Assembly: GCA_012295275.1 (NCBI GenBank)
Contig: CM022670.1
Span: forward strand, 16,740,001-16,804,000
DNA length: 64,000 nt
Direction: 5' to 3'
Source: Chrysomallon squamiferum
Taxonomy: Eukaryota > Animalia > Mollusca
Positions 1 through 14,677 of the stretch are shown piece after piece. The notes beneath the pieces were generated by a model, which was not told the DNA's origin, ran no database searches, and was given only the letters and a program-made list of their open reading frames with translations. Positions within the stretch are counted from its first letter, which is position 1; every line of letters begins with the position of its first letter. The position numbers and the translations under genes are program-made.

Positions 1-9
1 GACGTAAAT

Positions 10-130
10 GACATTATATGCTTAGATTGCGGCTAAGATTTCAGATAAACATCATATTATAATGTGCTTAGATTTCAACAAGATTCGAGATAAACATTAC
101 GTTATTACATGCTTGGATTTCAGCAAGATT
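10..130. repeat. Degenerate ~45-bp tandem repeat, about 3 copies
   Basis: The block (A/G)TGCTT(A/G)GATT...AAGATT recurs three times, followed by AGATAAAC in the first two copies; it may be truncated by the window edge. Confidence 0.55.
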
Positions 131-1170
131 TTTTTTTTATAAATGTGGATTATATTTCAGATAATTAAGTATTTTTGGTTTCATTCTTGTGGATTTTTTT
201 AAAAACATATTATTTATAACTGTAGTTGGTCATACCATTTTGAACATAACCCCACCGTCATTATAATCACTTTCAACAACAACAACAACAACAAAAACAA
301 CAATAATAATGTTTTTGTAATGATAAAAATAACGATGATGATGAATGATGATGGTGATAATAATAATAATCATCAACAAAGTCTGTAACTTTACGTAGTA
401 CATAATAACTGAAACAAAATAAACATTACACTTTGCAAAAAAAACCTCAGTAACATTCAGTAAAAATATATATATATATATAATCATGACAATAATAAAT
501 AAACATAAAATACAATATATTTATATACCGTGACAGATATTTAAAATTAAATATTGTTGTGTTGTTTCTTTTAGAACATTAATAATTCTCTGTCAGTATC
601 TTTAATCATTTTATTTAAAACAAAAACACATTTTCAGGAGATTATCATGTCACAGATTTGATTAACCTTATTTCAAAATTGTTTTTTACTACAATTTGTA
701 AATCAGATTACAACCTTCACTATTTTCTGGAACACTCAATCCGTCCCTAAGTAAGCCTTGATTTCTTTCTTTTAAATTTTTTATATTTTTTTTATTTTTT
801 TTTTTAATTATTCTGTAATGAAAATAAATTAGATCAAATTAAATAATATGACGTCATCCTTTTAGATAATCGATTATCTAAGTACATCATTACAAAAAAT
901 TACTCAGATACTTTTTATATATTCCAAAGTTACGTTACTAATTTAAATTGACGTCTAAACGTTGCTAATAATAAAGTATAGTACTCAAATGTTTTCCCTT
1001 TTATTTACGCTGTAAATTCGTATACAGAAATGTAAAATATTACGCTTAAAAATGATTTCTAAACTGTGGTATCCTCATTTGTTATAAAAAATATTTGTAA
1101 TTTCTATGCACAAACTGATTCACAGTAAAAAGCTATATTTCTCCGTACTCTTAAACTGTTAGTCTCTACA

Positions 1171-1222
1171 CTTTATTATTGTTAATATATTTCGGCCTTT
1201 ATTATTGTTAATATATTTCGGC
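1171..1222. repeat. Perfect 26-bp tandem duplication
   Basis: CTTTATTATTGTTAATATATTTCGGC occurs at 1171-1196 and 1197-1222. Confidence 0.85.
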
Positions 1223-1336
1223 CTATGTCTAAATAACTAAGATAATATTAATACATGGTTGCATATATTAAATATTGTATAAAAATATATATTTCGGCAT
1301 TTATCTTAAAAACTAAGATAGTATTAATAAATAGTT

Positions 1337-1371
<35 letters not shown>

Positions 1372-1628
1372 CATTGTGTTTGGGTGATTTGTCTAAAGAT
1401 AATGAGACTGTGACTGCAGAGGTTTGAAATCAGTTCATGTTGTTCACGTGTCCCATTCATCATCACTCGTTGCAGTCACTCTGAATCACGTTGTTGTTGT
1501 CGTATCCGGGCACGTTGTTACGAAGACGGGATCATGACACGTAGACCAGTCACTGCGTACATCTCTTTCACACGTTTACTCATAATATACACATTTACAT
1601 TGAAAAAAAAAAAAAAATTAGTTAAAAA

Positions 1629-1677
<49 letters not shown>

Positions 1678-1950
1678 ATACATGGTATATATTTGAAGTA
1701 TGTATGTATGTGTATGTATATGTTTGTATGTATGTATGTATGTATTATATATGTTTATCTCTGTGTGTGTGTGTGTGGTTGTATTTGTATGTATAATGAA
1801 CGTTTGGCCCGTGTTTTTGTATGGGTAATTGTGAAATGTAAAACAAATGATCTGTTGTGACAAGAGACGTCTGTGCAGCTATGCCTCTGTCATTTCCACT
1901 ACTGAAAAACATATCTTTTATATTCATAATAATATACCACATGTGTTTTC

Positions 1951-2025
<75 letters not shown>

Positions 2026-2572
2026 TAAGGTTAATTTTAAAATTCTAACTTTTAACCACATATACACACACACAAACTGTAAATAATTAAAACTGAAATA
2101 GACGTGCGTCATCAGATTTGTTATCCGCGTTAACAAGAAATAACATAAAATGTCAGATGTGTTGAAACACGAAGTGTGTCACATAAGAACTCGGCTGTGA
2201 CGTCACCGAGGCGTTCTGTGTCGTATTAAGCCGACAGTTCACAGCTGATGACAGACTTGGCGGTGCATGTTATCTACATGTGTATGTATTCATTAACAGG
2301 TTTATTTTTGTTTTTTTATCTGATCTCAAGTGTAATAGCATTAATCTTCTAACAGTTGTTGAATTACGTTACACTGAATAATCATGATGAATATGAAACA
2401 TATTATTTCCTTAACAATAGTATCTGTCTATATCTTATCTTCTGTCTGTCTTTCTGTCTCTCCACATATGTGTAAGTCCGTATGTCAGTCTGTCTATTTA
2501 TCTTTCTGTTTATCTATATAACGTGTCTGTTTGTCTGTCTTTCTGTTAATAATTTTTTTTTTTTTATATATT

Positions 2573-2613
<41 letters not shown>

Positions 2614-2945
2614 TGAAAGTCACATAGTTTTGGGCTTATAAGAAAAAAAAAAAAAAAAAAAAAAAAGCCCACATCGAATGACATTATTTCATGTGGGCGC
2701 ATAGTTTTCATTTAACTAGTAAATAAATAAACGTAAGATAGACTCACAGTGATATTAACAGTGGGCAAAGTGATATATAAACGTAACACAAACCTAATAA
2801 TAATATACACAGCAAATATAAAAAAGAAAGTAAGAGAAACCAATGCGTAATTTAAAAAAAACAGTCTAAATATTTTTATATCGGGTACATGAGTACTGGT
2901 GTTCAAACAAACATCACTCGTGTTATGTAACTTAGACAAAATTAA

Positions 2946-3016
<71 letters not shown>

Positions 3017-3666
3017 TATTGGGAGACAAAGAAAAAACAAAAACGTGACGGAAGGAGAGGGAGAAAGAAAATTAAAGCAAAAGACAGACGGAACAACAAC
3101 AAAAAAAGTAAAAAAAAAAACAAATTTAAAATATGCGCATACATCCCCATAAACTAACAGCGCAAGAGTTGTCTCCCACTAAATAGAAAGGCGAAAAAAA
3201 AAAAAAAAATAAAAATAAATAAATAAAAAATATAATAATAAATAAAAATGAAAATTTATTTAAATAAATAAAAATAAATTTAAAATTTAAAAAAAAAAAA
3301 AATGAAAAGTAATAATAAAATATCTTTCAAATTATTACGATCTGAAATAAACTGACACGTGATGTGTATAACATTTATTTTATTACCTTTCCGAAATTTT
3401 ATATAACACTCCCAAAGCAAACCTGAAAACAAATGTTTATAAAATAATCAGTATTTTTCCTTCTTCTTATTCTTCTTCTTTTTATTATTATTATGATTAT
3501 TATTATTATTATTATTATTATAATAAAAAAAAAACAAGAACCACAACAACAATAGAGTAATAACAACAACAGCAACAACACTGTAACAACAACAACAATA
3601 ATAGTAATATGAATAAAAATAAGTGTTGTTGCTGTATGGTCATTTATTCTTTTCATGTAAAATATT

Positions 3667-3725
<59 letters not shown>

Positions 3726-4815
3726 AATCAGTTCACAAACATCTTTATGTTTACTGTTTACTGTTTACTTTTACTACTTAATTAGGTTTTCATTTTATTG
3801 TTCGTGTAACATTGCGTTTTACTTGTGCTTGGTCGCCGTAGACCAAAGCAGATAGGACTAAAGGTGTTTACAAACCATACAATATTCTAATAACACATGG
3901 AAACATTTATAATCTCCCCCAGATGAAAAGCCGGTGATTAAATATGACATCATTAGTGTAAATATTTCAACAGTATTGCGTTTCATTAAATTTCAAGCCA
4001 TGTGGCAATTTTATCCAATTTTCTATTATTAAAATCGTCGACGGTGGTATGAAGAAAAGAAAAAAAAAACACTGTCAAATGAAATCTAAACACAGAGACA
4101 TTTATGAAATGAATTAAAAGAAAGGTATACATTTCTCTTATATATTTTTTTTTTTCTCTCTCTCTCTTTCTCACTTCTTATAGGCGATATTAGTACTCAG
4201 GGCTGTGACATAGTTGTGCAGGTGGCTTCGACCCATTGTTACCTGTATTGGTATTAAAAGGAGCCCACCTGTACAAGGTGAGGCAAGCGCCAGTCAGTCT
4301 GGCGCCATTGAACCACTCAAGTATGTGAAACGACGCGCACCTGAAACCGTCCAGTTATCCACAACTTACGAACGTTTACTTGCGAACGTCAATCGTCCCT
4401 CGGCTCGTTTCGGTAGCGCGAGCGCCCTGGTAACAAACATACACACGTCTGCCGGAGCAGACGACAAGAGGACGATGAGTTCCTATACAGAGAAATTCAT
4501 CTTTCCCACAGTGTCTAGGGAAGATACAGGTTTACATAATAAAACAAATAAAAACAGGTGACGCCGACTTATTATGACAAAAAATATCATCGGTACGTTT
4601 TTACGAAAAAAAAAAAAAAAAAAAAAACGGCAGCTCCCGCCTGAAATTAAAAACACTTTTGAATAAAAAGGTTTGTTAAAATAAACGTGGAAAGTATTAA
4701 AGTGAAAAACAACGCCTATGTGTGTAGAGGTATTTTAAAATTGTAAATGTATCTGGTATCGTTGTTGTCGCTGTATTAATGTAAAAAAATTCTTTTTTCT
4801 TTTTCTTTTACATTT

Positions 4816-4869
<54 letters not shown>

Positions 4870-5180
4870 AGTCTAAATACTATTATTATTATTATTATTA
4901 TTATTATGTCTACTGAATTAAAATTTTAAATAAGATAAAGTGGGAAAATAATGTAAAATAGAAAATGTTCCCATATGTTTATAATTTTAAAAAAAGTCAA
5001 AGTATAATAATTAAATTTCCCTAAACCTATTTAACCTGGAAAAAAGAACAAGAAGTATACACGTATGACTCACTGAGAATATCTCCCTAGCTTTTCTTAC
5101 AAATATAAATATATTTCTAGAATAATGAAAGTAAGCTGAAACTTTTCTGCATACCTGTTATATTCATATACTAACACCTA

Positions 5181-5213
<33 letters not shown>

Positions 5214-5619
5214 GTTGTTGTTGTTATTGTTGTTGTTATTATTACTGCTGTTGTTTTTTTTATTATTATTTTTTAAAACAATAGTTTGTAAATTTACAGA
5301 ATATAATAAATCTATGGTTATGATAAAAAAGGATTTTCTCACTGAATTGTTTAGTTTTTATATGACAGTCTAAATAAGCACATATTATTAAGATACAATT
5401 TATACATGTAAATTAAATTAAAATAAATTAACTTTATCTCACTGTTTAACTTCTTGAAGTTGTAAATGTTTTATCTTATTATTATTATTTATTTATTTTT
5501 TACATTATTAAACTGGTCTGTATCTTTTTGTCTAATAAATGAATGAATGAATAAATAAATAAATAAATAAATAAATACATAAATAAATCTTGTTTTACAG
5601 TATATTTCATTTAAAACAA

Positions 5620-5665
<46 letters not shown>

Positions 5666-5858
5666 TAATAATAAACATTTTAAAAATATCCGCAAGAAGA
5701 GGAAAACAAAACAAAACAAAAAACAAAAGACCCATAATAAATAAATAAATAAAACAAGAGAACTGAAAAAAATAATTACTATTACTGACGTCTTGTACTA
5801 AAACAAATTATTCGTACGTAAATAATAACTTTGTTTTGTTGTACATAGTAATATCACC

Positions 5859-5931
<73 letters not shown>

Positions 5932-6925
5932 AAGAATGTCAACCCAACAAGCAGAAGACAGACAGCCAGGTGTGCGCGCGACAAGCTGGCGTCAGACCCC
6001 TTTACACTGGCCGCCACATGTAAACATTGACGGATGAGCGCTACATAACACGCCTTTTCAGGCTGACAATAGCACATGAATGAGCTCAGATGCTGTTTTT
6101 TATTACGGAATAAACCATTCAGGTGTTGAACACCAAATTGCCTGTAATTGATTTACAGCACAAAAAAAAAAAAAAAAAAAAATAACTTGGTGATCTACTT
6201 GCATGTGGTCACGCTTGGACGGTCAGCACCTCCTTCTCTACTCTAATGTTAATTGACTCGATGATAAAGTCAGTTTGAAATATACACTTATTTATTTATT
6301 TATTTATTTATTTTAAATAACGTAAGTTTTATAATAAATCTTTAAAACTAAATGTTCTTTACTTCTTTTTTTTTTTCTTCTTTTTAATGTTTTTACGGCG
6401 AGATAACACAATTATCCTTTAAATAAGGTTATGTAATAGGGCTATGTAAAAACAATGTGTTCAGTTATGATTCATGTAGGCGTTGGAATCTTTGTATGTA
6501 ACTAATTAAATATTTAGCGAAACGAAATGTTAACAAGTTATATATAAGTATATAAGTATTTTATATTATTTTATTTATTCATTATTTCTATTTAAAACAT
6601 TTTTTTTGCTATTATTTAATAAAAATAGTAAAATAATTTTTAAAAAAGAATTATTTCAAACTATAAAATGAAATAAGTCTTATAAGGAAATGATTGTGAT
6701 ATTAACTAAAGCTGAAACTTCAAACGAAACAGACTATGAAATTAATGCAAACAGTAATTCCTCCTAAGGGATAGATTTCGGAGTGCATTTTGTTCGTTTC
6801 TTTTAACCCATTTATGTATCTATCTATCTATCTATCTATCTATATATATAGTTGTTTTTTTTTTTTCTTCTAAATAATGAAACTCATTATCTCTTAAAAA
6901 CTACGCCCGCAAATATCATAGTTGT

Positions 6926-6959
<34 letters not shown>

Positions 6960-7756
6960 AAACGGTGTAACTGTTCTTGTATAGAGATAAGTCACATGTA
7001 CGGGATACTCAATATAATTTTCTATCTTTGCTGAACAAACACAGAGGCCGAAGGTCAATCTTAACTTACGGTATAGGTGTTCAAATCGTACAGCCACCCA
7101 GTCGAGAATCTTCAAAATGATCGGGACTCAACGGTATCGGCGACATTTTCTCTTTGTTTGTCCGGGTTCGCACACATACATGGAAAACAAGCAGGAAAAT
7201 AGTTTTACAAATAATAACAAGTTGGCATGTCAAAGAAGGTATAAAATTTCGACTCACTGTCGCCAGCAGACAAACATTGATGGTAGCAGACTCGAGTAGC
7301 AGAGCCCGTTGATCACAGCTTTATCTTTTTAAGCTCACATTGCAGGTTGTTTTTTTGGTTTTTTATTACTTCAGAAAATTCTTCTTCTCTCCCTGTATTT
7401 TTGTAAAGAGATTAAAAATTAAACATTCTTCGCCATAATTTTTATATTTTAGTTTGATGGAAAAAATATGGCGCCTGTTATTCCGAGACGGTTTTTGTTG
7501 TGTGAAGATTTCAAGGGAATAGGATAAAAGAAGTAGTTTTTATATTGCATGAAATTTTCTTTGAAATAGGAGAAAAGAAATAAAAAAAGGTTGTGGTTTG
7601 AATTTAACATGGCTTTGTGTACTGTGGGTTTTATTTTTGTTTTTATTTATTTATTTATTTAGTTGTTTGTTTGTTTATTTTTTGTTAAACAGAAGTAACC
7701 ATTTTTTATATGAGGTAAATCAGGGGTGTATTATGCGGCCAACTGCACCCCTAGGC

Positions 7757-7787
<31 letters not shown>

Positions 7788-8199
7788 ATAGAATAGATGT
7801 CCGTATGTGCGTACCCACTCATGTTCTGGATGCCAGCTTCCCAGTTTGGTGTTTTGATACAATGGATGCGACTGCAAGCACTGGAGAAGAGAAAGCAGTA
7901 CCAAGAAGTTTGAATGGAAAAAACTGTAAAATTTATAATTTCAAATTATTCACAAAAAGCATAAACCCCCCTATATAAATCCGTAACATTTATTTCCTGG
8001 CTCTAAACTGATGACGATTTTGTCTGTAACATGTTTAGCTACCCGCTACCTTATTGGAAGTTTGTGCAGATATTTAAATTTTTTAACTGAGTTATTTAGT
8101 AAAAAATGTATATGTCTACATTTTTATTTACTTCATTTTGGCAGCTTACTGATGTTTAACTCTATTAGATTCTTTAATTAAACGAAAAATAATATTATT

Positions 8200-9020
8200 T
8201 AAAAGAAAATGTTGATATTAGATATCACTAAAATAAAATAACACAAAAAAACTTGGTAATCTGCTTGCTTGTGGTCACGCTTGAATGACCTGCCCTTTTT
8301 TATATACATTGTAAGCATAAAAACTAGTAATACTAAAATGAACATCTTATTAGATAGTACTAAAATAATCACTAGAATATAAACTAGCAATAACCAAAAT
8401 TAACACATATTTAGATATCACTAAAATAAATATTAGTTTATAAACTAGTAATAATAAATACATTGTTAGATATTACTAAAATAAGTACTTGAACATAAAT
8501 TAATAATACTAAAATAAAAACATAGATAAACACGTACTGAAAAAAAAACAAATAAATAATACTAAAATTAACATATAGTTAGATATCTAGAAAATAACTA
8601 AAATATAAACTACTAAAACTAAAATTAACACACTGTTGGATATAACTAAAATAAGTATTAAAATATTAGCTAGTTATACTAAATACATTATTGAAATATA
8701 AGCTAGTAATACTAAAATTAACATTACTACATCTCATTAAAATAAGTGCTAGTACTTAAAACAGTAATAACTTAAAATTAAGACACCTAAATGCAAATCA
8801 AATAAGCACTAAACATAAAACAGTAACACTAAAATAACTAGAATAAAATCTAGAATACAATCTAGTAAAACTAAAAAGTAATATTATAATAAGATATCAC
8901 TAAAAATAAGTACTGAATATAAACTAGTAACACTAAAATTAACACATTTTTGGGTATATTACTAAAAATAACTAGAATGCAATCTAGTAATACTAAAAGC
9001 AATATAATTAGATATCGCCG
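8200..9020. repeat. Degenerate AT-rich minisatellite, unit ~57-60 bp
   Basis: TAATACTAAAATTAACA...TAGATATCACTAAAATAA...ATAAACTAG blocks recur (e.g. near 8220, 8412, 8468, 8580, 8638, 8892, 9009). Confidence 0.75.
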
Positions 9021-9976
9021 AAAACAAGCAGTGATATAAGAACAAAGAGGGTTAACACGCTTGTTGTGCAGTGATAAAACGCAGGTGAGCGGCATGTCAC
9101 TCGAGAAACGGTTATTATACAGATTATTAAGTCTTCCATTAATATCGGCTTTAAAACTCCATCTGCGGTTAGCTGCGCTCTTTGTACCGGCCTGTTTAGC
9201 TATATACGATTTTCTCGCTAATTACTCCATTATCGGCCTTGCTCGTCTGCAGATGGCGCTAACCCTTGTGAGAAATTAACAACATATGCTGACAATCTGT
9301 TTTTACGGGTGAAGCCCGTGTTGCCGCCGTCTGCCCAAATGTCGTCTGCCTGCGAATGTTGCCGTCTGCTTGCAGTAAAAGTACTTTCAGTTTTAACAGA
9401 GTTGTATATATATATATATTTAGACAAAAACCTAAAAAGAAAATAAACTTTGAAAACCTATGTGTAAAAACAATGAATCTTTTAATCCGTTTCATAGCTA
9501 AAGTTCTGTTCACATTTATTTAGTAAAAAAAACACTTTCTTTTCCTAATAATTAGTAGAAAAGTAGAACAGTTATTATACATCAGTTGTTACTTTTACAT
9601 ATGCTAATAATCGTATTCAGACTCCCACAGTACTGCAGCATGCGAAATTATAATATACACTATATACACTTTCCATAGAGATCTCTCGTTAGAACTAATT
9701 CAAAGGTTATTTATTATAAGTTCATTTTATCATAATTATAATGAAATATAAAGTCAGTCCGGGACCCCCCGCGAAGACGGTGGATAATGAGGCCACATGT
9801 GAAGCCATGTAATTATATCCTTTACATATTCATAACTAGAAAACCTCAATGGAGATATAAATACTAAGAACTTTTGAAACCTATATTAGTAATACTGATT
9901 TCAGTATTCCAACAAGTTGTAATCAATCGTAACGTTACAATTTACTGTACCAAAAATAATTTGGATTAAAAAATAA

Positions 9977-10038
<62 letters not shown>

Positions 10039-10141
10039 AAAGAAATAAGCCATAAGCCGTCCCTGGTCAAAATCGCCAATGCGATGTGACTGAAATGATG
10101 AAAGCATTCTGCATCTCATAACATGATACAGTCGTCTAGAA

Positions 10142-10377
10142 CATAGGTTTTCAACCTGGGGGTCGCGAGATCGTTCTTGAGCGAGGGTATGTTTTAGCTT
10201 GTTTTCAACTTGACTTGGGAGGAGGAATAAATAAAAACGTGTACATAGGTTTCTAACCCGTCATAGTGAAAATAGATTCCTTTTGTACTGTGTCTTTGGT
10301 TGATGAAATTGTGGTAACCCTAGATATTACTGAATCCCAAATTTTAAAGGGGGTCATCAAAAGGTTTAAAACCTGTG
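10142..10377. mobile_element. Non-autonomous hAT (Charlie-like) DNA transposon / MITE, 236 bp
   Basis: Terminal inverted repeats CATAGGTTTTCAACCT and AGGTTTAAAACCTGTG match at 14/16. An identical 8-bp TSD GTCTAGAA flanks it at 10134-10141 and 10378-10385, matching the NTCTAGAN target preference of hAT-Charlie. Subterminal GGGGGTC motifs lie near both ends. Confidence 0.85.
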
Positions 10378-10522
10378 GTCTAGAATGAAGTATTTTTAAA
10401 AAATTATTATTGTAGTTATAGCTACTTCCCGTTCTAACCAGGCACAAACCATAAATGAATGGATGGCATGTTCTTTCCTGTATACGAGACGATTGTAATA
10501 GGAGTGATCATCTCTAAATACT

Positions 10523-10559
<37 letters not shown>

Positions 10560-11097
10560 GTTCATTTATTTATTTATTTTATAAATTAATTTTACTGCGT
10601 GCGTAGAAACTTCTCATCCCAAAATGATTCAGAGAACAACATTTCATTTTGTAACATAATTTTCATCTGTCTGCTCGATGGATAATTATAAAATTAAATT
10701 TTTCTGGTCGTCATCGCGACAGGCCCAGGGATGTCGCTGTTGCAGATGTGCAGTCGACGTGGACGGTGAGTGACCAAAGACGTCAGAGCTGAAGGTCTTG
10801 GCGATCTTTGCTCGATTCTAGACGATTCCGTTGACGTAGAATCCATTTATACTCAGTCTAGTTATTTTCATACTCCTACGGACGTCACGTCGACAGCGTT
10901 TGTCAACAGTTATATTCAGTCGGAAGAAGTAGTGTTATAAACATCTAAGAGAGGGAATGGTTATGTTCAAACTGGTTGAATTGTTCGAATCTGAGAAAAA
11001 CCAATGTTGTTGAAATTTTTCTATATTTCTTGAAATGTAGAATAATTTAAGAAATATTTCAACGTCTGTTTAGATTATTATTATTATTATTATTATT

Positions 11098-11177
<80 letters not shown>

Positions 11178-11617
11178 CATCATCATAAGCAGCATTATCA
11201 TTATCATTATTATTGTTATCTTTTCATTTTTTCATTTTCTTTTTTTTTTTTTTTTTCGGTAAAGATAAATACCTCAGTGAAATAAAATAAAATAAAATAA
11301 AATAAAATAAAATAAAATAAAATAAAATAAAATAAAATAAAATAAAATAAAATAAAATAAATTATAATAAAATAAATAAATAAATTTTGAATATAAATAA
11401 TTTTCACACACATTTAATATTATTATTTGAAATAATCAAACTGACCAAAGTGTCATTAAATTTTTAATCAGTGAAACAATAAACAAATCAAATTAAAATT
11501 AATCATTTACAGAATCTTACAATAATTAAGCATTTAAGTCTTTTGTACAAAGCATAGTATAAGCTTCAGTTAAATACGTAAAGAAATGGAAAATCTCTAT
11601 TGATGCATAAAGAAACC

Positions 11618-11950
11618 TTTGATAATTCTTTCATAAACATAAATTTTAACTGTAATTTAATGAATCTGTCATAAACATAAATTTAAATTCACATTTGATG
11701 AATCTTTCATAAATATAAATGTAAACTGGATTTTGATAAATCTTTCATAAATGTAAATGTAAATTGACATTTGATGAATCTTTCATAAATATAAATGTAA
11801 ATTTGTAAAAAAAGAAATGTAAACTAACATTTGATAAATCTTTCATAAATTTAAATCTAAACCGACATTTGACAAACTTTTAAATAAATGACATTTGATA
11901 AATTTCTTTTATAAATGTAAATATAAATTGATTTAAAACCTTTCATAAAT
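11618..11950. repeat. Minisatellite, unit ~38 bp, about 8-9 copies
   Basis: TTTGAT(G/A)AATCTTTCATAAA(T/C)ATAAATGTAAA recurs throughout. Confidence 0.8.
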
Positions 11951-13387
11951 ATTGCCATTTTACAAACGTTTTTGCCATTTTGTCATCTTTCTTGCCATTT
12001 CTTTTTCTCATCTTTCTTGTCTTTTCTGTTAGATTTTCCTTCTTACTTTCTTTTTTTTTTTTTAATTCTTTTTCAGTCTGTCTTTACCATCGACTTCTTT
12101 GAAAAATTGTAGGGCCTCCAAACCCCTAAAAATCCGTTACAAAACTGAATGAAATATTTTTTTTTATGGTTTTGTTTTATTAGAATGATGCCTTAGAGAC
12201 TGTTCTTAGCCTTCAGGCGGTGGGTCTGTAGAAAACGACAAAAGCTAATTACTTCACATAAATAAAACAGAAAACGCAATAAAAGCCGCTTGGTAATAAA
12301 GAAAACAGCGTTTCATTATGACGTAATCAAGCAAGTGAAAAGAGAAACTGATTTGCTACAAAACAAATTAACAATAGAGAGACCTCGGTAAATCAAACCC
12401 TTGATAACCTAAGTCAGGTGAAACCTTCACACCTGTCTGTTGGAAATTAACTAAATAGATTACTGTTAATCCCAGGTTAGGGGTACAGGTGTTAAAATGT
12501 CGTGCTTTTATATCTTTCATCCACATTTTATGAGTTATACGAAGCGGAGTGAGTGCAGTGGCATTGATGAAACCTTTCGCTACTGTACAATAGGAATACC
12601 TTCGCAAATATATAGACAGAACATTATCTTGTTTGTTTGTCTTTCTCGTTTTTATTATTATTTTTCATTTTTTCTATAGATATTTTCCTTTCCGTTTTTG
12701 ATTACTTTACATAAACTTTATTTTAATTACTTTTTATTTCACGCAGAATATGGTTTTATTTTACACAGAACATTATTTCAGATATTTTTTTTTTATATAG
12801 AACAATAATTTAAATGTTTTCTTTTTGTGTTTCTTTTTTTTAAATTCAAAATTACAAATATAAACATTAAAGTAATAAATAAAGTAAAACAAAATCAAAC
12901 AGAATGAATATGAATTGTACAGTTAACTATTACAGACAAATGTACATACATACTTACATACTTACACACATATACATAACAGATCAAATTTTGTCTCGTT
13001 TGTTATTACTATTATATTTGCTTCATTAATAAAAAACATATTTTCATTAATTTTTCGTTCACAATTAAATATTAAATTTATAATTTTGAAATCGCAGCAG
13101 GAAAACTAATTTTTAAGCGAATAAACACATGTTCATTTTATTTTCTTGATGATGTCAAAGTAATCCTTAACTACTCTAACCACTTAGCAACCAGGAATCT
13201 GGTAATACAAGGAAAACACGTCATCAATTTTCTTAGAAAGCTGGAACTGGAAACAGGTAAATGTGAATATGAATGAGAGTAGATCCATCATATCTGAACT
13301 CAGTGAACTAAATCCATTATGATAATGTTGTATGTGTATAGGTTAAGATAAAATAATCCAACTGTTTTATATACATACATACATACG

Positions 13388-13722
13388 CTATGGTGGACCA
13401 GTATTTTTGGGGCCCTGAAGCTTGACTTTCATGAGGCCCTTTTTCTGCGACCTTTGTTATCTCCTTCAGTGGATTTTTTTTAATGATAGATCACCTTAAA
13501 TTTAAAAAATATATAAAAATTAAAAAATTAAAAATTAAAAATTAAAAAACTAAGAATTAAAAATTATTAAATTAAAAATCAAAAAATCAAAAAATCAAAA
13601 ATTAAAAAATTAAAAATTAAAAATTACGTGAAATATGGACTAAATTAATGATGGGGTCTCTTCGGGATTAGAAGCCCTGAATCTTAAGTATTCATTAGTT
13701 TAATAACAGAACCGCCCCCTTG
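13388..13722. mobile_element. Degraded non-autonomous DNA-transposon-like (MITE) remnant with an internal AAAAATT repeat
   Basis: An internal direct repeat GCCCTGAAGCTT / GCCCTGAATCTT and a 3' end ...TTAAGTATTCATTAG...CCGCCCC resemble widespread GGGGCCC/AAGCTT-type small hAT-like elements as I recall them. TIRs and TSD are not clearly preserved. Confidence 0.4.
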
Positions 13723-14626
13723 CTTTTACGTACATTAAATATAACTGTTTTCATAAATAAAAATAACACTGAACAACAGAAAGATGTGACATTTTCACTG
13801 GCGATGACATATCAATATCAGCCTGATAACAGCCATCCCTTTACAACATTAACACTTGATCATTTTGACATTTTGCGAGTTTAACTTTGTGTAACTGTCG
13901 AGATATCAAAACACTCAAGATAACGACTTGATTCCACTCAAGCTTTTGTCGACTTATCTAAGAGTCGTTTTGTGTCATTTGAAAGGTATATTTATGATTC
14001 AGTTTTACCAGCCGATTCAGTAATAATCTGTAATAATAAAACTGACATATTTAAAAAATGTTAATTCATAAAATTCTTGTAATCCATTAATTAAAAATCT
14101 CAAAAAGATAGTTATTCTTTGTTAAATGAAAAAAAGAACAAAAGAAATGTGAGCATTAGTAAATTTATGAAGAGATATAAGTGAAATCGATGTTAAAATT
14201 TCGAAATAAATGAAATCGCACGTTAAAAATATATTAAAAAAAAAAAAAAAAAATGTTTCGTTTTATATTATAAACGCACATACACATACATACATACAAA
14301 CAACACAAGCATACCCACACAAACACGTATACACACATGCAAACACACATACCTACACACATACCTACACACGTACCCACATACAAACAAACATTAATCA
14401 CACATTACAAACTGGAGACAGACTTTGGAAAGACACGGTGAGTTTAATCCAGCTGAATAATTAAGTGTATCCACATACTACATAGACCCATAAATGTGAT
14501 CCCATGGAAAACCTCTGGCATTACAAATGACTACAGTCAAGCTTCATATAAACAAAAAGGAAAGAAATAAAATAAAATAAAATTATTAATAATAATAAAC
14601 CAAACAAATTTAATAATAGTAAATAA

Positions 14627-14677
<51 letters not shown>

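Noticed and set aside
7721-7990. Possible small transposon remnant (AGGGGTG...CACCCCT; AAATCCGT end similar to ~12130)
   Set aside because: It is too short and degenerate, with no TSD or consistent termini to support a call.
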